A DNA stretch of 64,000 nucleotides from Zygnema circumcarinatum SAG 698-1b (Eukaryota; Plantae; Zygnematophyceae), in the NCBI GenBank assembly GCA_037447605.1, contig CM074807.1, forward strand, positions 4,111,993 to 4,175,992, written 5' to 3'. Below, one piece after another: positions 54,225-64,000 of the stretch; position 1 is the stretch's first letter; every line of letters begins with the position of its first letter. The notes beneath the pieces are model-generated. The model did no database searches. It worked only from the letters and a program-made list of their open reading frames with translations, and was not told the origin of the DNA. A program made the translations under genes and the position numbers.

Positions 54225-54278
54225 AGTAACCAAGTTTAGAGCACGCTGCACAGTAACCAAGTTTAGAGCACGCTGCAC
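54225..54278 (+). repeat. 27-bp perfect tandem duplication between PARG and the NB-ARC-TPR gene
   Basis: agtaaccaagtttagagcacgctgcac occurs twice. Confidence 0.9.
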
Positions 54279-55160
54279 ACTAACGCCTTCCAGGTCCTAT
54301 GGATGTGACGGCATCTCTCCAATAATTACGTCGACTACCGATTTGTCGATGGTGAAATGCAGCAATTTAGTACCTTCAAAATGAGCATTCAAAGTATTTG
54401 CAAAAGGGGGTCGACATCCTTGAACAATGAGTCACGTTCTATGGTGACTTAAGCTCTCTTTGTCCTCAGCCCCCTTTAGCGAGTGCTGCTGATGAAGATG
54501 CTGCACGTAATTGTCGATCGGAAACAACCAAAGTACTTCGGGCGAGACGGACCTCTTGCCGCCAACCTTTCAACTTCAATTTCAGTTAAGTAACTTTTTT
54601 TTTTTTTTTTTTTTTTTTAACTTTTCGACCAAAAGCGAGTCAAAATTGACACACTAGAGGGTGTCAGACTTGAAAGTTGTTCGTAAGGTTGAGACCAGAA
54701 CAAGTACTCCGGTGACATCGCGATTCTGGTGCGGCGAAGTACTTGCCATAAAAAATTCTTGTAATACCCTGTTTAAAATCGATTATTTATAAACTAGAAT
54801 TTTATTTTTCGCACTTGCGGCCATCCCTAGAGGCGGCTTCAAAGCTGGAGCTCCTTCGCATGGTAGAGACAGAGCTTGGAGCCCATGCATGATATGTTAA
54901 GCCTTTACCTTTCGGCGTGCTCAGTGTCTGGACACAAAAGGGATGTTGGTTGATGCACAGAAGAGGCAAAAAAGACACCGCACGCATGCCAATTGCTTAC
55001 GATCTGGACGGCACCACTTGAATACGTTATCATGGGAGGATAAATTTGCTCTGAAATAAGTTATCGCATAAACAATGGATGACTCGTTTTGTGAGCGGCT
55101 GCTTATGAGTCTGACTGAACTCGCTGCCAAAGCAGTATAGTACAAGTCCAGTTTTAGTCT

Positions 55161-58100
55161 TCAGTTTGTGCCTCCTTTCTCGCTGCAGAGGCTTTGCAGG
55201 TCTTCTCTCAGTTGCGCCATGTCCCACTCCTCGCACTTCTCCAACAGTGTGAGAGCTTTGCGTCGCAGGCTCGCGGCTGCTTCCTTCTTGCCGCGCAGGT
55301 CCTCGACCCTTCCCATGTCAGCGAGGGTCACTGCCAGGGCGGGGTGATTCGTGCCTACAATGGCTTTCCGGATGTCGAAAGAGGCAGCATAGGCCCTGTA
55401 AGCTTCTTGCATCGATGTCTGTACAGAGAGCAGCCACACAACGGGAGGCAAGACTCAGATTCAACACATAAAAAGCTCCACCATTTGTAATTACTGGCTA
55501 TGATACCTCTCGAAGCTCGCCGCAATTTCTTACCCTAGAATGGGGCAATCGTGAGCAGCATGGCAGAGACAATCGAATCTGAACCACCGTACAGTCCCAG
55601 CCCACATCCCACCCGAGTGCTCACCGTGCTTTCTGCGGGCGTGCTCTCCTTCAATCTGGCAATACAGTCCAACAAGTCTGCAGATTCCAGGTTGACTGTT
55701 CCCGCCTCCTCTTCAATCAAGTTCTTGGCATTTTTCAGGTATTCCACAACGACGTTGAATTGACCGCCTCCAAGCCACTCGGCAGTCGCGAGAAGGCTAA
55801 AAATCTGACCTTCTTCAAACCTGGCCATAGAGTCGGCACTTCCCATCAACTGCAGCGCTGTCCACAAATACTCCAGACCTTCAGCCAAAGCCCCTTGCTG
55901 AATCAAAACTCGTCCAAGACACATAAGGCGAGACCTCAGCCTGACGGCCTGACCTCCCTGCACAGCACCTTTCTCTGGAAGCGAGGGAGATACAGGAGCT
56001 GACTTCACTTTCAAACCCACTTCACCCAAACTTTTCTTGAGCCATTTCTTCGCCTCGATCCAACCATCATCGTCGCCGAGGCGAAAATGGACAAGGCCTA
56101 GCCTAGCCTGACTGGAACGAACATACTCGTTGTGCTCTTCCCTTCCCATGACTGTTCCCTGCCTGCTGATATCCATCAATGCACCTTCTAATGAAAATTT
56201 TGCCTTTTCTAGAATGTCATGGGTCAGAGGCCCACGCATCATGAGACCCAGATTGGCAATTATGTTGGCCTCTTCCAACGGATCCACCCGACCTATCAAC
56301 TCCGCTTGAGCCAGTTGTTTCTCATACACAAAACAGGCTTTCCTGCGCTGCTCATGTGTGAAATGCAGATCAACAAGAGCAGGCGCACCTGTTCCCCATT
56401 CAGGCAGATTCTCGGCGCCTTCAAGTCCTCCCCAAGAAACTAATCTGAAAGCATCGTGGAGAAGCTCCTGCTGATCCACACACTCTCTCAGCTCTGCATA
56501 TGCCTGGCCAAGCATTTCTAACACTTCGGTAATTCGATGGTGAGTTGGTGACAGGGCATGCTCACAGATCCTCAGTGCATTATTTAGCAGTTCGAGGTAT
56601 TCCCCTGTACTGATGCTTTTAAGCTCCTTCAACGTTCCTGCAAGCCTCAGAAAAGCATCCGCAACCATGACATCATCATCACACAGCTCTAGAAGGCCTC
56701 CGTAAGGACCCCCTTCATCCCTCTCAACGACCTTCTCTGATAACTTCACTGCCAAGGTTCGAAGAAGTGCAACATTGGAAACCAATGTGGCAACCATCGA
56801 CTTCCTATTCTGTTTAGTCGGATTTGCCAGAACTAAGCTTCTAGCTTGAGACCATGCCAGTTCTGCTTGGATAGCAAGACCCGAGGGAGTTCTAAGCAGT
56901 CCTTTGTTCTCTTTACAACATTTCTGAAGCTCCTCATTGCCGCCAGCATCGCCCATTAACTCCAACATGACCTTTGCTTTCAGCAACCGGATCTTCATTC
57001 GAGACTCCGCTGTGACAGAGAAGAGTCGTCGATCGAGGAGCTCGTCGCAGACAGCCATAGCTTCTGCAGCTCGACCTCGCCAGTTCAAATACTGGCCAAG
57101 CTTCATTCCAATGCCTGCGACCTTTGCTGCATCTTCGTTCTTCCTAATGACTTCCTTTCTTTGCTGCCAGATGGAAGCAAAATGGGGCATTGTCGCTTCA
57201 GAACAAAGTGCCCCTGCTAAAGTGTACAACACAACTTTTCGGGCTTGCATGCTGTCTTTGCGAGTCTGGGCATAGTCCCGCACGAGATGGTGAAAGACAA
57301 AGCCATCTTTCATATTATTGAACTGCACGAATTGAAATTCCAGCAACAACTTAATGGCCGCATCGGTATGATCTCTCTGTAGCAGGCGGTCCGTGCTTGA
57401 AGCAGAGGCCCTTCATCCAATTACCCAACCAGCAAAACACAAGAGAGAGTATAAACGTTTTTCAGTTCAAGTTGTTCGCACTTGAGCACATCCGCATCAG
57501 CCACTAGAGCACAGACGTAAAACAATGCGACAGATGCACACTAAGCAGTCGCTGCTGACTTCAGATAATCTATTTCTTGCATTCGGTACTTTTCGGTACT
57601 GAGAGTACTAGAATTTTGTCCAGTTGATTTTCGCACACTGAAACAATCACAGTGCCTTAAGGACTCTGATACAGTAGCCTTCACAAGAACAGAATGTGGC
57701 CGTATTGACTACCGGCTGATGATCTTTATACCTTAGTTGTCGAGCAGCCAAAAACAGCACTTCTTTTGGGACAGCTTCAGCTGCAAACCACGCCCCGACA
57801 TCCACCATAGCCACAGCAAGAGCTCCTGTGCTGCTCTCCAGCCGACGGAAACTCTCCTCTATAAGCGCCCTCATGCTGCAAGTGCAAAACATGACACGCC
57901 CACAATTATTAAGCTTGAAATGCGGAAGGGCTCTAATGAAAGACCTGATGCTCTATACCGTAAGCTTGTCTCCTTGGAACCTATAGAGATGAATGTGTTC
58001 CATTTTAACGTTCCGAAAGCATACCCAGTTTCCAAAGTTATTGACGATCACTGGACTTCTTCATTGAAATTCAGTATCATGACGGAAAGTACGCTAAGCA

Positions 58101-61100
58101 TCTAGATATGCTCGTTAGGTTTACGATATCAATGTGTATAAAAGATAACTCCACGTGAAGAAGTATGCAATCCACCAAAGTATGGCTATTCTGCTGTTAA
58201 GAACAGGTCCTCATTCAGTTAGTTTTTTGAATCACGATCGGTAGCCTCCCGCCGCATCAATCGCCCGCCTACCTTCTCTCACCCTGCTTTTTCTTTTCTC
58301 CTCATATCCCACTCCCAAAACACCTCTCATTAACAGCCATGCACACTTTCGTCCCCCTACCCGTTTACCTCATACCATGAAGGTTTTAGGAATGTATCCA
58401 ACACTGGCAAGGGCCCCTTTTTACTGTTCAATAGCTGCAGAAGCTCCTTAAGGAGCATTCCCCGGCCAAGAAGGCGCGCTGCGATGGTGACCGCCATCGG
58501 CACATTTCGCAGAAGCTGCAAACAGTGCATCAAACTCTCGTCGTCTGACTCCTGATCCTTCCCTTCGGCCTTCACAAGCTGCAGCACCCGATGAACATAT
58601 ACTGAACTTAACGCACCATATTATGCATTGCAAGTGCGACTCCACCAGCTATTACATTATTTGAAGGTATAGTCAAGATTTCAGTCTAAAAGTGAGCATG
58701 CCTTTCAAAAACTGATACACCGGAGATAGCTTACTACTCGGCAATTGTTTCATTACTCAAATGCCAACTCTTGCACTTCTGATGGTTTTCCGACATCCGA
58801 TCCACGTGTTCAACTGCACTATTGCCTTGGGTATGGCTCAGCTTGGAACAATTTGAACGTTAAATGACATTATGATATTATGCAGGAGAAAGACAGTGCT
58901 TATATGGACTAACGAAGCTGTCTCACCTCAAGGGCTTCTGCAGATGTCAATCCACTAAGCGCAATGTTGAACATGCTTCTGTTTGCAGATGCCACTTCCG
59001 ATGTCAAAATTATGTGCGCTTTGCCTGTCTGCATACCACCACATACTCGATGCAAAAAGTAAGAGCCCGCTTGCCCCTAAAAAAAACATATGGAAGGAAA
59101 AACGTCAAGATGAAATGGTCCTAAGGAACAAACTTCATGGCAACGCAGCACTGTGAACCCCAGCTGATGCTCTTCAAGAGGCTACACAAATGCCCAATCC
59201 CACCTTTGGCAGCATGTTTGTCAAGCTGCTATAGTTTTTCACAGCGTCAAACACTAGAAGGAACTTTCGGCCATCCTCCAACACCTCCCTCACACGGCAA
59301 ACTTTTTCTTCTATGGCTTCTCTCTGCTTCAGCTGCCCCAACAGGCCTGACAACCAACTTTCAGTGGGCTGGATTGCCCAAAAGTCACCTCTGAAAACAA
59401 AAGTAAGGTCTGAAGATTAGAGTCACGCCGAGACTGCAATCAAACGCGAATACAAACTAAAAAGTCTGCGGAACTGTCATTCCTATAAATGGTCCTGTCA
59501 TGTTTGATGCCCAAAAGTCTATTACAACTAAGCCATCGAAGAGAAAAGGCGCCTTACTTGCACTTGGAGGAATGGCGCCAGACCCAAAAAGCTGTCAGTG
59601 GCAGTGAGGGGGGACGCGTTGACCCAAAACACCCCTTCATACTCCGCCAAGTGCCGGTATACATATTCCACTGCAAGATGGCTCTTACCAAAGCCGTTTG
59701 GAGCGACTATACACACCATTGCAGGCTGCTGCAAATCCAAATCCCTCACCATAACATAATGTGTAAGCACGGTACTTGGTCTATATCGGTCTGAGATGAC
59801 CCAGAATATTACTCATAATACAGTCTAAGGTCAACGGAAACACCATTGACAGCTCGCCCGTATTCGTTAACTCACCTTGTCATTTGATGAGCATTCCCCT
59901 GTCTCTCCTGGTGTGCTATTAAGGGCTGTTCTCATGTGCTCCAATGAATCTTTCCTGCCTTGGAAGAGAGCATTCTTAGAATACGGAACACTAAATGGGT
60001 AGTTGTTGATTTCCTGCCACAGAGTCTCGAGTCCTCCCAGCAATCCCGCCTCGTAGAGAATTCCAAGGTATTGCAGTATGTCCTTGACGTATTTTTCTGC
60101 TGCCCTTCGATTGGATTCCACACTGATTACAGCAGACAAACGGTCTGATTGGTTGATAACTGCAAGGAAAAGGCCTGCCTGCATGCGGCCGCGCACTTAA
60201 ATGTGATTGGTTGCAACCCACAGAGTGGCTTAGACAGGAGTTAGAATCAGTTATAAAAATGAGTTCTTTTGGAAGAAGCCACCAAAAGTGGATGTTCTCC
60301 TTGATGATTTTTGGTGACAAGAATGACATGATTGCAAGTAGTGTATGGGACCATCAAGAGTACCTATGATCTGTCAGATGAGATCAGTCCTGTTTCCAAA
60401 GAACATTACAACTAAAAAAACAAACCACGAGAAAGGCCATATAGAACATTATTCAGTTCATAATACAACTAGCTTTCAAGAACTGCATTCACGCATCTTC
60501 CATGACGTCAAACAATGCGACCTTACTAAAGCATATGCCATGTCATTCAATTTAATTGACTACCTTGCAGATGCTTAAAGCGATGGCAGCTCGCAGATCT
60601 TCTTGATCTTCTGTTGAATTAAGAGCTTGAAGAGAGCAGTACAAGACCGCCATGGCCAGCTGTAACCTGTTGAGAGGCAGAAGTTCTTTTGCCCACGAAG
60701 ATGCGCTCGCGACCACATTCATGAAAACTTCTGCCAACTCTATCCATGTATGCTGTACATACAAAAAAAAGAATGCGCTGTCTGTTAGACTATCGGCTCA
60801 TGTGCAAGAAAAGTGCCTGCATATTTACATGTTTAATCCAATCTCACACACACCAAGAAGCACCTTTGATGCATGTGAGTCCTAACCAAGTCAACCAGGC
60901 AATCTGCAACAGAAAGGAATCCGGTGTACGAATATCATTGTTTATGTATATCCCAGCTGTTTTCTCTGAAGAAGTTTTGGTCCATTAAAAGAACTTTCCG
61001 CAATGGGAGGATCCCTCACCAAATCCAGCGCATTTTGCCTTCCTTCCAGAATATCATCCACGATGACTGCTAAGTTGTTCCATCCGGCATCCGTCGGACC

Positions 61101-61433
61101 GGATGACACTGTTGCCAAGACGGTCTCGACCAGTATTCCCGCCTTTCTTTTTGAGGTTATTTCTCTAGCCCCCATCCTCTGTGACAAATTACTCCTTCCA
61201 TAAGTATTAGTCGGAGAACTGTTACTAATGCATAGTATCTTGTCCACTTGACAGGCAGCTAGCACAGAGAGGACTTTGGCTACAACATCCCACTTCCGAG
61301 GTGCCTGAGCCATTGACTTTTCTTCACTTGGTAAATACAAATGCTTTACCAAAAGGTTTCCAGGCTCGCCCTCGCCGCCATTTTCTCCCTTTTCAGAAGC
61401 AACATCTAAGCAATTCTCTGGGAATGGTGCCAT
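55161..61433 (-). CDS. NLR-like STAND NTPase: unrecognised helical N-terminal domain + NB-ARC + TPR repeats (multi-exon)
   Basis: VPYSKNALFQGRKDSLEHM (pre-P-loop), IVAPNGFGKSHLAVEYVYRH...VFWVNAS (Walker A), FLLVFDAV (Walker B), HIILTS, NVPMAVTIAARLL (GLPL-like) and FHHLVRD (MHD-like). These are followed by TPRs such as ALSPTHHRITEVLEMLG and IVGTNHPALAVTLADMG. Exon junctions are GT-AG. Confidence 0.85.
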
Positions 61434-61448
61434 AAGCCGAGTTGTGAC

Positions 61449-61655
61449 TCAGGACAAAGCTGAATCACCAGCTGTCCTCCCAGTTTTTCGTTGACGGCTT
61501 ATTTGTATCCTGAACATGGAAAAAGTATGAGGCCAAGAGCTGACAGTCATGATGTCATCAAGGAGAAATAACTCTTGGTGCACCACGGGGTAAAAATGCT
61601 GTCTTTTCTCGATAGGAGGTAGGATTTGGTATTGAATCCTTTCTGCTCGTAACAT
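61449..61655 (-). other. 68-aa upstream ORF in frame with the NLR-like gene, ending 15 nt before its ATG
   Basis: ...GCT TTG TCC TGA GTC ACA ACT CGG CTT ATG GCA CCA: a single TGA separates the two ORFs. Confidence 0.5.
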
Positions 61656-62021
61656 GCAGGGCAGCTCCTAGCGCTCGACTCTCAGCAGGGAGCCCGAAAA
61701 TTCAGCTGCACCATACAACGCAATGAAAGGTTAAAAGCCCACAGTTGTGCCATTCATGCAAAACCGTCGCTTGAGAAAATAGCCAGCTAGTTTACATTTG
61801 CATACTTTACACTTCTTTAATGGCTAGCCAGCTTTCCGTTCTCGGCATAAGCCGTGTTTTTCATCTAGCGCGCTTTTCTATGTTCAAGTTCCCCGCTTGT
61901 GCTATTAGGCCTGCGTTGTGAGATGGTCTCCTTTAGAAACACTCCTGCACTCACCGAACATCCTACGTGCCCCGTCCAGGCTCATCCCAGCAAGCATCGC
62001 AAGCCTGTGCAAGAGCGTCAA

Positions 62022-63633
62022 ATGAAAGTGCAGGCTTTCAGCAACAGCATCCAACAGCATGCAACAGCCTCCTCAGTCCTCAGTCCTCCGTGCTTGGTCC
62101 TGCCCGACAGCCAGCCAGTCCGCACGCACCCATCTGCTCCTCCGCCTGCTGCTGCGGTTGCTGACCGTGCAGGCGTACGTGCAGGACGCGGCCCACTTTC
62201 GGACGAGGACGAGATGCAGGGTTGGGGGCACGGGGGCACGGGCATGCCCGGGGGGGGGGCATGCCCGGGGGGGGGGCATGCCCGGGGGGGGGGCATGCCC
62301 GGGGGGGGGGCATGCCCGGGGGGGGGGCATGCCCCCCATTTTTGACCGTCCGTGCCCGGGGCACGCCTCCAAAAATTTTCCCCATATATTTCGTGCCCCC
62401 CCGTGCCCCCTGTCACGTGACGCTTACCTCGTACGACCGGGCCCGGGCCGGTGACGATTGAAGACAGCGTTCAGTTCCGCATCGCAACTATCTCTTTCTA
62501 ACAAAAAAGAAAAGAGAGAAAAAGCACTCAGTAAAATGATTTGGCATTGATCTCACTCAGTAACTATGTGTACAGTAATAGTAACACGCAAAAATCTGTT
62601 CGATTTTGTTGTCTTCACGACCTGCTAAACACACCCTTGTAGATGTGGTACCTCCTTGTTCTTCGATCTGTTCTTTCATTCTTTTGCTTGGGGCTGTTTA
62701 TGCTGTCAGTGAGATCTTGTGCTTCCGCAATTGTGGCGTCTCCGAGCCCAAGGCGTGGAGGGATGTCCGAGGCATCCTCTTCTCGGGCAGGAGGTACCAC
62801 ATGCACATCTACAACCCTCCTGCCTCTTCCTCCCTCATCCATCCCTCGTACATTTGTACCTTGATCCGTACGTTTAAAACATTCATCTGTACTTTCCGTA
62901 GCTTCATCCGTACCGTTTTTAAAATATTATATTCTTTTTGGGGCCGATTTGAATTGCTCAATGCAGTCACGTCACGGGGCACGAAAAAGGGGCATGCCCC
63001 CCCCCCCAAGGGGGGGGGGGGCACGTGCCCCTGGGCACGGGTCGGAGGGGGACCGTGCCCCCAACCCTAACGAGAGGGCGTGCTGGAGACATTTCACCAA
63101 GTCGGCGGCCAAGTCAGTCAGTCAGTCAATTAGTCAGTCAGTCAGTCAGTCAGTCAGTCAGTCAAATAGTCGGTCAACTAGTCAGTCAGTCTGGCGGCAT
63201 TTACAACGCGCGACGCCGTACTCGGGCCTCCCTCCCACCCCTCAACTTCCTCCCCCCCCCCCNNNNNNNNNNCCCCCCCCCCCCCCCCCCCACCCACCCC
63301 CTCTCCGCCCCCTATCTCCCTACCTCATTCCCCCTTCCTCACTTCCCCGACCCTATCCTCCCTCACTCCCCTTTCCTCCCTTTATGGCGGAGCCCTTGTG
63401 GTGATTGCCTCTGTCAATGCTGCAGTTTGTTGGAAGTATTGCGAGAAATGAACATCCCCGAAGGAACCACCGTATGTATTGCCGCAAACGAGAAAAGAGG
63501 GGTTTTTTGTTCCACTTGCTGCTCATTACAACCTCAGGCAATTGAGAAACTACAAGTACTCATGGGCCGAGGGAAGTGTTTTGAGGAACCAGACGAAAAT
63601 TATCATAAGAGTATGGAATGTTCCTCAATTTGA
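62022..63633 (+). pseudogene. Putative spliced gene of unknown function interrupted by the hAT element
   Basis: Removing the element and one TSD gives ...GPLSDEDERACWRHFTKSAA. Donor AA|GTCAGT and acceptor TGCAG|T (63426) continue in frame as NLLEVLREMNIPEGTT. Another GT-AG intron then leads to AIEKLQVLMGRGKCFEEP.... No family was recognised. Confidence 0.4.
62217..63069. mobile_element. Non-autonomous hAT-type DNA transposon (MITE), 853 bp
   Basis: TIRs (C/T)AGGGTTGGGGGCACGG lie at 62217 and end at 63069. The 8-bp flanks ACGAGATG / ACGAGAGG match at 7 of 8 positions, as expected for a TSD. There are subterminal GGGGCACG and GGGCATGCCC repeats and no transposase ORF. Confidence 0.85.
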
Positions 63634-64000
63634 TGGAATTGTGGAGGTAAGGGTCTCATGAATTTTAAGTTTACAATCCTGGAGAGAGAGTCCTGGGTCC
63701 AGGCACTTGGGATTGGTCAGTGATTTCTGAATGAATGAACAGGAAACCACTTTTCCTACGATTACTGAGTGGCACGTGCTCCTAACCGATTTTCACTAGT
63801 AGCGTATAGGCCACGGATATGGCTTTAGGGTTTCATCTCCCTCCTCCCCCTTCCCCCCCTCCCCCTCCCTCCTCCCCTCCCTTCCTCCCCTCCTCCCTCC
63901 TCCTCCCTCCCCTTACCTTCTCCCCCTCCCCTTCTTTCCCCCCTCCCCCAAAACACACATCCCTTCCCCCCTCCCTGCTCCATCCGCTGAACGTGCTTTT

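Noticed and set aside
54225-54278. 27-bp direct repeat and 75-bp PARG repeats considered as a CRISPR-like array
   Set aside because: The units are contiguous with no unique spacers, the context is eukaryotic, and there are no cas genes.
54640-54670. CACTAG next to the palindrome GTCAAAATTGAC as a CACTA transposon end
   Set aside because: No matching opposite terminus or 3-bp TSD was found.
61899-62454. ORFs with repeated MPGGGACPGGGHARGGG / PPPGHAPPPGM
   Set aside because: Translations of the MITE's GGGCATGCCC array, not a protein repeat.

Overview
This is eukaryotic nuclear DNA: compact, intron-rich and plant-like. The gene content suggests a streptophyte alga or early-diverging plant, but that is inference and the species cannot be read from the sequence. 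Left to right it carries a mitochondrial atp8'-atp4 insert joined directly to the 5' end of DCP1, an intronless membrane-protein gene, an unnamed probably plastid-targeted protein, RPN13 and UFC1. A ~2.4-kb tandem duplication follows, carrying two degenerate PARP-like ADP-ribosyltransferase domains. Next come FEN1 (with a ~0.8-kb (GA)n intron), a rhamnogalacturonan lyase, a foldback element, GDP-mannose 4,6-dehydratase and an ABCC/MRP transporter. The right end holds a PARG with N-terminal 25-aa repeats and an Asp->Asn change in the VDFAN motif, an adjacent NB-ARC-TPR (NLR-like STAND) gene with an unrecognised N-terminal domain, and a hAT-type MITE inserted into an apparent exon. The best candidate for a new system is the NLR-like gene next to the atypical PARG, with ADP-ribosyltransferase-like genes in the same window. 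The DCP1/atp8 chimera is the other strong lead. All identifications come from manual translation and remembered family motifs; no database searches were run. Four 10-N gaps in G/C homopolymers show this is a draft assembly.
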